This document shows positions 8,123 through 16,766 of a DNA stretch of 33,882 nt, piece by piece. The position numbers were made by a program, and so were the translations under genes. Below the pieces are notes generated by a model. That model made no database searches. It saw only the letters and a program-made list of their open reading frames with translations, and was not told where the DNA came from. Each line of letters opens with the position of its first letter. Positions within the stretch are counted from its first letter, which is position 1. The DNA is from Mucilaginibacter sp. (lineage in GTDB: Bacteria; Bacteroidota; Bacteroidia; Sphingobacteriales; Sphingobacteriaceae): NCBI GenBank assembly GCA_036565645.1, contig DATCXS010000326.1, positions 1 through 33,882 on the forward strand. Direction: 5' to 3'.

Positions 8123-8932
8123 ATGGATGAGAATTTGAGTAAAGCCGTACCCGAAGTACGCCTCAGAGCCTTCAGGGCCATTGATGAGCCCGAAACCTGT
8201 GCGCTGTTTGTTGAAGGACATACCAATGTTTTGTCGAGCATTGGGGTTAAAAAAGTAACTTCTTCTAAAAATGGATGGACCACTAATCCGGCTGTTTTTG
8301 TAATCGTAGTTGAGTCGATGGATGCTAAGCGCGTATTTGGTGGTGCGCGCGTGCATGTATCTGGCGGATCTGAACCGCTGCCTATTGAGCAAGCTGTGAG
8401 TTTATTAGACTCATCTATCCACAAACTGGTTTGGGAATACAGCCAACACGGCACTGGCGAGGTTTGCGGTTTATGGAATTCGGCCGAGCTTTCAGGCTAC
8501 GGGATAGGCACACCGCTGCTCATTCGGACCGGCATTGCTTTAGCATCGCAAGTTGGTTTGAAAACCCTGTTTGCGCTGTGTGCCCCCTATACTGTGCAGC
8601 CGGTAGTTAACTGCGGTATGGAGCTGGTAAGCAGCATTGGTAACAAAGGCACATTCTACTATCCTAAGCTTGACCTTATTGCCACAGCTATGGTTTTGAA
8701 TGATCTAAGCGAAATGAGTAAAGCCAAAGCGCAGGACCGCGATGAAATTATAAAAATGCGAAACCATCCCGATAGCTGGACAATAACCGAATTAAAACAA
8801 AAGAAAATTACCATTCATTGCGAATTAACTATCCCTCATTTGGACAGATGGCGACTGCAAGAGTTTATTGAAGCGGCCAATCACGACTTCCTGCAAACCG
8901 ATTTTAACGAACGCGACATTAACTTTTTATAA
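8123..8932 (+). CDS. Hypothetical GNAT-fold acyltransferase resembling N-acyl amino acid synthase (FeeM)/acyl-HSL synthase (LuxI)
   Basis: Motif order VFGGARV..PLPIE..TGEVCGLW..SGYGIG..LI....A...GL..LF..CAP.......GM matches the FeeM/LuxI GNAT pattern; no signal peptide; first gene of the operon. Confidence 0.55.
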   Translation: MDENLSKAVPEVRLRAFRAIDEPETCALFVEGHTNVLSSIGVKKVTSSKNGWTTNPAVFVIVVESMDAKRVFGGARVHVSGGSEPLPIEQAVSLLDSSIHKLVWEYSQHGTGEVCGLWNSAELSGYGIGTPLLIRTGIALASQVGLKTLFALCAPYTVQPVVNCGMELVSSIGNKGTFYYPKLDLIATAMVLNDLSEMSKAKAQDRDEIIKMRNHPDSWTITELKQKKITIHCELTIPHLDRWRLQEFIEAANHDFLQTDFNERDINFL

Positions 8933-8947
8933 TAAATATCAACCGCT

Positions 8948-9712
8948 ATGTCAGAGAAACATTACGACATTAACTACTTACAAAATTCACGAAGATTATT
9001 AGGCAACCTTAAAGAGGAGTCATACACTTATTTCCAGAAAATAATTGGCGGCACAATTATAGACCTGGGTTGCGGCGCAGGTAAAGATGTCATAGAATTG
9101 GCGAAGACTGTAGAGAGTGGCACCAAAGTTATTGGCATTGACCATGACCCGGTAATGCTTGAACAAGGAAAGGCCGATGCTAAAGAACTAAGCAATGTCG
9201 AGTTCATCTTATCAGAAGCTTACCCTTTACATTTTGCCGATCAAAGCATAGACGGTTTACGTACAGAGCGTGTTATACAACACTTAAAAGAACCACAAAA
9301 AGTTATCAATGAAATTGCGCGCATCCTTAAACCAGGAAGCCCTTTTGTAATTGTTGAAACCGACTGGCACAGCCTGTCATTTTATACGCCCTTTACAGAG
9401 ACACATAAAAAGCTAAATGCATATTTAACCGACACCAAAATAAACAATGGTTTTGCCGCCAGAAAACTAACGCACTACTTAAAGCAAAGTAATTTTAAAG
9501 ATATTAATTTTCAAATACATCCGTTCATTCTTAGTACATTAGATGAAGCGAACCAATATCTGTGGATTGAGAAGATGATACAGGAAACCGCAGATCAGGG
9601 TTTTATCACAAAACAAGAATTTGATGAGTTTTACGGCTCCTTAAAACAGGCCGATGCCGAAGGTTATTTTGCATGTTCAATTAACCTGGTAGTAGCAATT
9701 AGTATTAAATAA
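8948..9712 (+). CDS. Class I SAM-dependent methyltransferase
   Basis: Motif I IIDLGCGAG, motif II IGIDHD, ERVIQHL..P, RILKPG. Confidence 0.93.
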   Translation: MSEKHYDINYLQNSRRLLGNLKEESYTYFQKIIGGTIIDLGCGAGKDVIELAKTVESGTKVIGIDHDPVMLEQGKADAKELSNVEFILSEAYPLHFADQSIDGLRTERVIQHLKEPQKVINEIARILKPGSPFVIVETDWHSLSFYTPFTETHKKLNAYLTDTKINNGFAARKLTHYLKQSNFKDINFQIHPFILSTLDEANQYLWIEKMIQETADQGFITKQEFDEFYGSLKQADAEGYFACSINLVVAISIK

Positions 9713-9716
9713 AATA

Positions 9717-11852
9717 ATGGGCAAGTATTTTTTAAAAACGCTGACGTTTATTGCTTTAGTGCTATTTGGCCTTAAAGCCAATGCCGACGTTATAATTGAC
9801 GGAAACACCAATCGTACATTGATTGGTAAAAACGTTTACGTTTTGCAATCCGACAAAGAATTAGGGCTGGAAGACGTACTAAAGACAGCCGGTTTTAAAA
9901 AATACGATAAAGATGTGCCTAATCTGGGTTTCTCGGCCAATAGCACCTGGCTGCGTTTTACCATTAATAACAAGTCGGCAAATACGGGCTTGCTGCTTGA
10001 TGTGGCCTATCCTATTTTAGATGAAGTTGAACTTTTTTCGCCCGATAGCCAGGGCGTATACCACGGTGTTTTAATGGGCGAGATAAAGCCGTTCAACACC
10101 CGTAAATTTGACCATCCCGACTATATATTTGACCTTAATATCCCGCAAAATGCCAGCAAAACCTATTACCTGCGCGTAAAAAGTGCCGAGCAGCTCATAT
10201 TACCAATTTCAATAAATGAGCCGGCTACCTTATGGCAGGTATTGAGCCGTGAGGACCTACTTTCAGGATTATTTATTGGTGCCATAGTGATCATGTTCTT
10301 GTACAACTTGTTCATTTACTTTTCAGTTCGCGACAAGAGCTATCTCTATTATGTAATCTATGTAGCATCGGTAGGGTTAACGCAGATTGGTATAAAAGGC
10401 TTTACCTTTCAATACCTATGGGGCAATGCAACCGGCTTTGAGTTAAAAAGTGTTGTTTTGTTTGCCTGTATAGGGCCTATAGCGGCGTTATTGTTCACCA
10501 AGACATTCCTGTCAACCCCTGAGCGAGCGCGCAGATTTGACAAGGTACTTACCGCCATTATTGTGCTGATGGGCGTTGCGTTTTTGGTAACCCTTTCGGG
10601 CCAGATACAAACCGGTTTTAAATTGATGCAAATATTTACCACACTGTTTGCCTTCAGTTTGATCATTGTATCGGTAATTGTGATGTTAACTGGCTACCGG
10701 CCGGCAAAGTTTGTGTTTGTATCGTGGTTGAGCTTACTTATCGGAGCCGTAATATTTGCTTTAAAAGACAATGGTGTATTACCCTATAATACATTTACCA
10801 GTTACTCTATGCAGGGAGCAACCGTTATTGAGATGGCTTTACTATCCTTCGGTTTGGCTGATAGAATTAATATCCTGAAAAAAGAGAAAGAAGCATCGCA
10901 GGCAGAAGCTTTGAATACCGCCAAAGAAAATGAGCGCATCATACGTGAACAAAACGTGGTTTTGGAATTAAAAGTTGGCGAACGCACACAGGAGTTAAAT
11001 CAATCGCTTGAGGATTTGAAACAAGCACAATCGCAACTGGTCGATTCAGAAAAAATGGCTTCATTAGGTCAGTTAACTGCAGGTATCGCGCACGAAATTA
11101 ACAACCCGATAAACTTTGTAACCTCAAATATCAATCCGCTGAAACGCGACGTGGACATGATTTTGGATGTGATGAATACTATCGAAAATGTAAGTCAGTC
11201 TGACGCGCCGGTTGAAGAGAAGAGAAAACAGATTGAAGCGTATAAAGAAGAGGTCGATTTTGATTACCTGGTGATGGAAATACGCCATCTGATCAAAGGT
11301 ATTTATGAAGGGGCATCGCGTACTGCCGAAATTGTAAAGGGCCTAAAAATATTCTCAAGGCTGGACGAGGATGACCTGAAACGCGCCGATATCAATGAGG
11401 GTCTGGAGTCTACATTGATTATAGCTAATAACCTTGTAGGTAGTAAAACAAAGATTGTCAGGGATTATGGGGAGCTGCCGTTGGTTGAATGCTATGCCGG
11501 TAAGCTTAACCAGGTATTCTTAAATGTCATATCAAACGCAGCCTATGCCATTGACAAAAAATTTGGTGACAAAGAGGGCGGCCAGATCAAAGTAAGTACT
11601 GCTATTAACGATGAGAACGTTGAAGTTACGATTGCGGATAACGGCATAGGAATGAGCGAGGAAACCATGAAAAAAATATTTGAACCGTTTTTTACTACTA
11701 AGGACGTTGGCGAGGGTACCGGTTTGGGCATGAGTATTGCCTACAATACTATTAAGAAACATAACGGACAAATTGTGGTGAACTCTGAGGTTGGTAAAGG
11801 CACCGAATTTATTTTAAAAATCCCGGCGGTTTATGACACAAAAGCCGCTTGA
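9717..11852 (+). CDS. 7TM-DISM sensor histidine kinase (DISMED2 + 7TM + HisKA + HATPase)
   Basis: Signal peptide; PNLGF...WLRF, YYLRVKS; [20 protein letters not shown]; [13 protein letters not shown]; H-box [10 protein letters not shown]; N-box [10 protein letters not shown]; DNGIGM; FEPFFTTK; GTGLGM. Confidence 0.93.
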   Translation: MGKYFLKTLTFIALVLFGLKANADVIIDGNTNRTLIGKNVYVLQSDKELGLEDVLKTAGFKKYDKDVPNLGFSANSTWLRFTINNKSANTGLLLDVAYPILDEVELFSPDSQGVYHGVLMGEIKPFNTRKFDHPDYIFDLNIPQNASKTYYLRVKSAEQLILPISINEPATLWQVLSREDLLSGLFIGAIVIMFLYNLFIYFSVRDKSYLYYVIYVASVGLTQIGIKGFTFQYLWGNATGFELKSVVLFACIGPIAALLFTKTFLSTPERARRFDKVLTAIIVLMGVAFLVTLSGQIQTGFKLMQIFTTLFAFSLIIVSVIVMLTGYRPAKFVFVSWLSLLIGAVIFALKDNGVLPYNTFTSYSMQGATVIEMALLSFGLADRINILKKEKEASQAEALNTAKENERIIREQNVVLELKVGERTQELNQSLEDLKQAQSQLVDSEKMASLGQLTAGIAHEINNPINFVTSNINPLKRDVDMILDVMNTIENVSQSDAPVEEKRKQIEAYKEEVDFDYLVMEIRHLIKGIYEGASRTAEIVKGLKIFSRLDEDDLKRADINEGLESTLIIANNLVGSKTKIVRDYGELPLVECYAGKLNQVFLNVISNAAYAIDKKFGDKEGGQIKVSTAINDENVEVTIADNGIGMSEETMKKIFEPFFTTKDVGEGTGLGMSIAYNTIKKHNGQIVVNSEVGKGTEFILKIPAVYDTKAA

Positions 11853-11919
11853 TCTGCGTATAACAGGACCAATTAAGAATTGATAACCCTACACAATTAC
11901 CGACATAAACTGATTACCG

Positions 11920-13005
11920 ATGGCCGAAAAAATTAAAATACTGTATTTAGACGATGAAATGGATAATCTTACAGGTTTTAAAGCAACCTTGAGGCTGGAT
12001 TATCAGGTTTATACTGCAGTAACTGTGTCCGGCGCACTTGAGCACCTTGAAAAGCATCCGGACATAAGAGTTATTTTTTGCGACCAGCGGATGCCGGGAA
12101 AAACCGGGGTTGAGTTTTTTGAAGAGATACGCAGTACCCACCCGCTGCCCATGCGTATTTTGTTGACTGGTTATACAGATATTGACGCGGTAATTGATTC
12201 GATAAATCGCGGTAACATCTTCCGCTTTGTAAAAAAACCGTGGATGGAAGCCGAGATTGTTTCGGCTATCGAAGAGGCCAATAAGTTTTACCAGACCAAC
12301 TCCATGCTGTCCATTAAAAACGATGAACTGCAGCGTGCATATAATGAGTTGGACAAGTTTGCTTATAGCGTGAGCCATGACATTCGGGGCCCGTTATCAG
12401 GCATATTGGGGGCAATAGGGGTTGCGCGCGATATGCATGATATTGCCGAAATGAAGGAAATGCTTTTTTTGATGGAGAAATCATTAAAAAAGCTGGATAC
12501 CTATATTTTGAGTATGCACGACTATTACAGCCTGCAACGCGGCGAGCTGCACATTGGCGAGATTGATTTTCAGAAAATGCTGGACGAGTTTAAAGATATC
12601 TACCGCATAACTGCCAATAATGCCAACATCAACTTCAAAATAAACATTAACCAGCGCGAACCTTTCAGAAGCGATGACGTACCGTTAAAGCTTATTTTGA
12701 ATAACCTGCTGTCAAACGCATTCAAATACCAAAATAAAAATACCGACGCCAAAAAGGTCGACCTGAACATTGAGGTAGCTAAAGGTGTTGCAATTATAAC
12801 GGTAAGCGATACTGGTATTGGTATTCTGGGTAATCATCTGGGCGAAATATTCAATTTGTTTTACCGCGCCAGCTCGCAGGAAGCAGGCTCTGGTTTTGGC
12901 TTATATAACGTTAAGAGTGCGCTGTTAAAGCTTAACGGTCAAATTGAAGTTAATTCTGTGTTAAATAAAGGGACAACGTTTAAAGTAACTATTCCAAGCA
13001 AATAA
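11920..13005 (+). CDS. Hybrid response regulator-histidine kinase (REC-HisKA-HATPase, cytoplasmic)
   Basis: YLDDE, CDQRMP, LLTGY, KKPW receiver; SVSHDIRGPL H-box; NNLLSNAFKY; DTGIGI; GSGFGL. Confidence 0.93.
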   Translation: MAEKIKILYLDDEMDNLTGFKATLRLDYQVYTAVTVSGALEHLEKHPDIRVIFCDQRMPGKTGVEFFEEIRSTHPLPMRILLTGYTDIDAVIDSINRGNIFRFVKKPWMEAEIVSAIEEANKFYQTNSMLSIKNDELQRAYNELDKFAYSVSHDIRGPLSGILGAIGVARDMHDIAEMKEMLFLMEKSLKKLDTYILSMHDYYSLQRGELHIGEIDFQKMLDEFKDIYRITANNANINFKININQREPFRSDDVPLKLILNNLLSNAFKYQNKNTDAKKVDLNIEVAKGVAIITVSDTGIGILGNHLGEIFNLFYRASSQEAGSGFGLYNVKSALLKLNGQIEVNSVLNKGTTFKVTIPSK

Positions 13006-13011
13006 GTTTAC

Positions 13012-13440
13012 ATGGAATTATCATTCATTATTATTGATGATACTGAGCTTGATCATTTTATAGCACGTAAAATGATTGGTAACGTAAGCAATGCTTACAC
13101 AGTAGAGAGCTTCTTAGATGCATCTTCGGCTTTGCAGCATATTATTGAAAACAAGCGCGATACGGCCATCAAAATCGTCCTTATATTTTTGGATATACAT
13201 ATGCCTTTAATGAACGGCTTTGAATTTGTCGAGCATTTTGAAAAGCTTGATAAAGCCGTTCAGGACAAATACTATATCGTTGCACTTACGTCGTCGATTG
13301 AGCTATCTGATATTAACCGCATAAGCTCATACCGCTCAGTTAGGGCACGTATAACCAAGCCCATTACAGCCAAGGGCCTTCATTCATTATTAAACAGAGT
13401 GGCTGCCGAGTTTGATATTGGTTTACCGCAGGGTTATTAG
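13012..13440 (+). CDS. Single-domain response regulator (CheY-like)
   Basis: IIDD, FLDIHMPLMNGFEF, LTSS, ITKP; no output domain. Confidence 0.92.
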   Translation: MELSFIIIDDTELDHFIARKMIGNVSNAYTVESFLDASSALQHIIENKRDTAIKIVLIFLDIHMPLMNGFEFVEHFEKLDKAVQDKYYIVALTSSIELSDINRISSYRSVRARITKPITAKGLHSLLNRVAAEFDIGLPQGY

Positions 13441-13901
13441 GAAAGCAATTTTTGTCTCAGCAAAAATTCCAGCTGCTCATTTGACATACCAAGCTTTTCG
13501 TTTTCTTGTTTCAGTTTGATTCTTTGCAGATAGGCTTCGTAAGCACGATTTATGGTCATGTCCAACTCTTCCTCATTCCAGGGCTTGGTCAAATAATGAA
13601 ATATCTTGCCTTTGTTTATAGCATCAACCACCGCATTCATATCAGCGTAGCCGGTTAACAGTAACCGTATAGGGTCGGGATAAAGCGGAATAACTTTTTC
13701 TAAAAACTCGACGCCGGTCATGGCAGGCATGCGCTGGTCGGTAATAATAACTTGAACAGGTTTTTCTGCGAGTATTTTAAGCGCCTCGTCGCCGCTTATT
13801 GCAGTGTACACCTGGTATTTTATGCGGAATACGGCCTTAAAAGAAAACAAATTGTTTTCTTCATCGTCAACATATAATACTGATATTTTTTTGTCGGCCA
13901 T
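13437..13901 (-). CDS. Single-domain response regulator with short C-terminal coiled coil
   Basis: YVDDE, TDQRMP, LLTGY, LTKPW; tail KLKQENEKLGMSNEQLEFLLRQKLLS. Confidence 0.92.
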   Translation of the reverse strand: MADKKISVLYVDDEENNLFSFKAVFRIKYQVYTAISGDEALKILAEKPVQVIITDQRMPAMTGVEFLEKVIPLYPDPIRLLLTGYADMNAVVDAINKGKIFHYLTKPWNEEELDMTINRAYEAYLQRIKLKQENEKLGMSNEQLEFLLRQKLLS

Positions 13902-14017
13902 AGGGGAGGACGCTTTAAATATGCTTTAGTTAAACGTAAATCGGGTTATCATGTATCTATAGACGCATACCAACCCCATTTATTACAAATTAGTTATAAA
14001 TTTAAACAAAAACAAAA

Positions 14018-14602
14018 TTAGAATATAATTTTCCCCGACGCTGTTACCAGCGAAGCTATGCGCACAGCGTCAAAAATGCGCTCTTCAGTTGTCCCCAATT
14101 TAATCAATGAATCCTCATGAGCATTTACACACATTTCGCAGCCGTTTACTGCCGAGATGGTTAAGCTCATCAGTTCAAAAAACTCCTTGCCGGTTACAGG
14201 CTTCATCATGATCTGCATGCGTATGCGAGCCGGTATCTGGCTGTATTTTTCTTTCTGCGTAAAATGCCTGAAACGATAAAATATATTGTTTGATGCCAGC
14301 AATGAGGCACAGGCAGCAGCCTCGGCAATTTCTTCCCGAGTGGCACCTTGTTCAGTTGCGTATTTGGTGTAGAAGTTGGTTAATGGCAAGTTATTGTTAT
14401 TAACAGCAACGCTTAAACCCAATAGGCCACACTCTTTAGCACTTAAATGCTCAGAAGTTAAGGTGCTGGTAAAATTCAGTTTCAAATCGCGCAAATAACG
14501 CGACTCGCCATTTTCAAGCAAAGACAGGCTGGCGGTACGATAAGCCGCATCAACACCAATGCTTTGCAAAAGTTCATTTATAGTTTCGGTGCTTTCGCTC
14601 AT
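14018..14602 (-). CDS. ahpD: Alkyl hydroperoxide reductase AhpD-like protein
   Basis: FELMSLTISAVNGCEMCVNAH motif, NNIFYRFRH; directly downstream of ahpC. Confidence 0.88.
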   Translation of the reverse strand: MSESTETINELLQSIGVDAAYRTASLSLLENGESRYLRDLKLNFTSTLTSEHLSAKECGLLGLSVAVNNNNLPLTNFYTKYATEQGATREEIAEAAACASLLASNNIFYRFRHFTQKEKYSQIPARIRMQIMMKPVTGKEFFELMSLTISAVNGCEMCVNAHEDSLIKLGTTEERIFDAVRIASLVTASGKIIF

Positions 14603-14617
14603 AGTGTTTGGTAATTT

Positions 14618-14696
14618 ATTAATAAGAAATCCCCGTTTTACCGGGGATTTCTTATTAATCGTGTTGCCGCAGGGTCTCTCGACAGAGGACCCTGCG
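14618..14696 (-). terminator. Two tandem stem-loops between ahpC and ahpD
   Basis: ATTAATAAGAAATCCCCG/CGGGGATTTCTTATTAAT (14618-14659) and CGCAGGGTC..GACCCTGCG (14668-14696). Confidence 0.7.
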
Positions 14697-14707
14697 ATGA
14701 AAAAGTA

Positions 14708-15253
14708 TTAAACAGTTAATGTTTCCTGGCCTTTTTCCCAGTTGCAAGGGCAAAGCTCGTCGGTTTGTAATCCGTCCAGTACACGCAATACTTCTTTAAC
14801 GTTACGGCCAACGCTTAAATCGTTAACTGACACCCAACGTATAATACCTTGCGGGTCGATGATGAAAGTAGCGCGGTAAGCAATTTTTTCATTTGGCTCT
14901 AATATACCCAGTTCCTCGGCTAATGATTTTGAAGTATCAGCCAGCATCGGGAATTTCAGATCGCGCAGGTCATCGTGGTGGGTTCTCCATGCAGCATGAA
15001 CAAACTCAGAGTCAGTTGACGCGCCGATTAAACGGGTTTCACGATCGCGAAACTCGCCAAAGTTTTTGTTGAATTCAGCAATCTCGGTAGGGCAAACAAA
15101 AGTAAAATCTTTTGGCCACCAAAACATTACAGTCCAAATGTCATCGTCATTAACCAAATAATCAGAAGTTAATGTTTCAAATTCTTTCCCTTTTTCAAGG
15201 CTAACTACAGCAGTTTTTGAAAACGCCGGAAATTTATGTCCTATAGTAAGCAT
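14708..15253 (-). CDS. ahpC: Typical 2-Cys peroxiredoxin AhpC
   Basis: WPKDFTFVCPTEI peroxidatic motif, VGRNVKEVLRVLDGLQ, LCPCNW resolving motif. Confidence 0.96.
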   Translation of the reverse strand: MLTIGHKFPAFSKTAVVSLEKGKEFETLTSDYLVNDDDIWTVMFWWPKDFTFVCPTEIAEFNKNFGEFRDRETRLIGASTDSEFVHAAWRTHHDDLRDLKFPMLADTSKSLAEELGILEPNEKIAYRATFIIDPQGIIRWVSVNDLSVGRNVKEVLRVLDGLQTDELCPCNWEKGQETLTV

Positions 15254-15279
15254 ATGTTAATGTGTTTTAAATCTTGTTA

Positions 15280-15375
15280 CAAATATACGGCAAATCGGGC
15301 CTTTAAAATATTGCATTTTTAGATGCGCTATAGTTATTATTTATATCTGTAAAAATGTCAATAGATTTTATAGAT
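15280..15375 (-). promoter_or_regulatory. ahpC promoter (-7 TATATTTG at 15280-15287) with upstream OxyR/LysR-like boxes
   Basis: TAnnTTTG match; ATAG-N7-TTAT at 15330-15344 and ATAG-N7-AGAT at 15361-15375 resemble the OxyR ATAG-N7-CTAT unit. Confidence 0.5.
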
Positions 15376-15508
15376 AAAGGTTCGCCTGTTTAAATTAACC
15401 CGCCTGAACGTCAATTAACTATGTAAATAGCGCTTGTAAATCACCCTCTTGCTATTTTAAGTTAGCTTATGTATTTTAACGCAACCAATTAAACTTAAAT
15501 CAGCCATT

Positions 15509-16648
15509 ATGAAAGCCAGGATCAGCATAGCCGCCACCCTATTAGGGGCCATAATTATCATTTTTACGCTATCGTGGAAATCAGCGAACCCGACGGTGAA
15601 AATGCCGCCGCCCGCCGTGTTGAACGGGCGATACTTGTTTGCTGCCGTCCCTGGCGTGCGCGACTATCTGGGCTACGGCGGGCATGGCTTGTTGGTGTTT
15701 GATATTGACCACGGCCATAAATTTATCAAGCGCATTCCGCTAAATGGGTTGCATCCCCAAAATGGTCAACCTTCAAATGTTAAGGGCATTGCTGTTAGTA
15801 TTCCGCTGCATAGCGTATATGTAACTACATTAGAGGGCCTGCAGCGCATTGACCTGATAACCGGTAAACTAATCTGGGAAAAACCGATCCCAGATGGATG
15901 CGACAGATTATCTATAGCGCCTGATGGCAAAACCATGTACTTGCCGTCATTAGAGAGCCATTATTGGAATGTGATTGATTGCGAAACCGGAAATATTATC
16001 AAAAGGCTTGACGGGTTTAACAAATCGCACAATACTATATACGCGCTCTCAGGCAAACACGCTTACCTTGCCGACATTGCAAATACGGTAGTAAAAATTG
16101 CTGATACTAAAACTAATACCATCACCGGACAGGTTGGCCCATTTACCAACTTTGTGCGCCCATTTACAATTAACGGCAAAGAAACGCGCATTTTTGTGAA
16201 CTGTAATGATCTGCTGGGCTTTGAGGTGGGCGACCTGACCACCGGCCGCAAAATAAAACAAGTAGTGGTACAGGGCTGGGACAAAGGGCCTGTCCGCCGC
16301 CATGCCTGCCCAAGTCATGGCATAGGCCTTACGCCTGATGAAAAAGAGATCTGGCTTTGCGATGGCTCCAATATGCGGTTGCATATTTTTAACGGTGCAG
16401 CGCCATATCAGCAATTAACCACTATTGCCTTACAAGACATGCCGGGTTGGGTAACCTTTACCTTAGATGGCCAATATGCTTATCCGTCAAGCGGAGAGGT
16501 GATTGACGTAAAAACCCGTAAAGTATTAACCACGCTTAAAGACGAACATTACAATAATGTCGAAAGCGAAAAGGTACTGGAGATTGACTTTAAAAATGGC
16601 AAACCTGTTAAAGCAGGCGATCAATTTGGTTTGGGCCGGGTAATGTAA
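15509..16648 (+). CDS. Exported YncE/YVTN-type beta-propeller protein
   Basis: N-terminal signal/TM; repeated blades (IAPDGKTMY, LTPDEKEIW, FTLDGQYAY, VIDVKTRKV). Confidence 0.8.
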   Translation: MKARISIAATLLGAIIIIFTLSWKSANPTVKMPPPAVLNGRYLFAAVPGVRDYLGYGGHGLLVFDIDHGHKFIKRIPLNGLHPQNGQPSNVKGIAVSIPLHSVYVTTLEGLQRIDLITGKLIWEKPIPDGCDRLSIAPDGKTMYLPSLESHYWNVIDCETGNIIKRLDGFNKSHNTIYALSGKHAYLADIANTVVKIADTKTNTITGQVGPFTNFVRPFTINGKETRIFVNCNDLLGFEVGDLTTGRKIKQVVVQGWDKGPVRRHACPSHGIGLTPDEKEIWLCDGSNMRLHIFNGAAPYQQLTTIALQDMPGWVTFTLDGQYAYPSSGEVIDVKTRKVLTTLKDEHYNNVESEKVLEIDFKNGKPVKAGDQFGLGRVM

Positions 16649-16766
16649 AGCTGTTGTTCAAATTAATTTCAGTTTAGGATATAATTAGTTAAATATTCGC
16701 GTTCCTTTGTGTGTACCGAACCGTAAATAAGGCTGTTACCAGCACGTGTTTGACTATTTTGAGCCT

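Noticed and set aside
8081-8454. Two minus-strand ORFs (103 and 122 aa)
   Set aside because: They overlap the 269-aa operon-leading gene in antisense and have no recognisable motifs
8123-8932. Calling this gene luxI
   Set aside because: Canonical AHL-synthase residues are not evident and no luxR is nearby; only a fold-level resemblance is supportable
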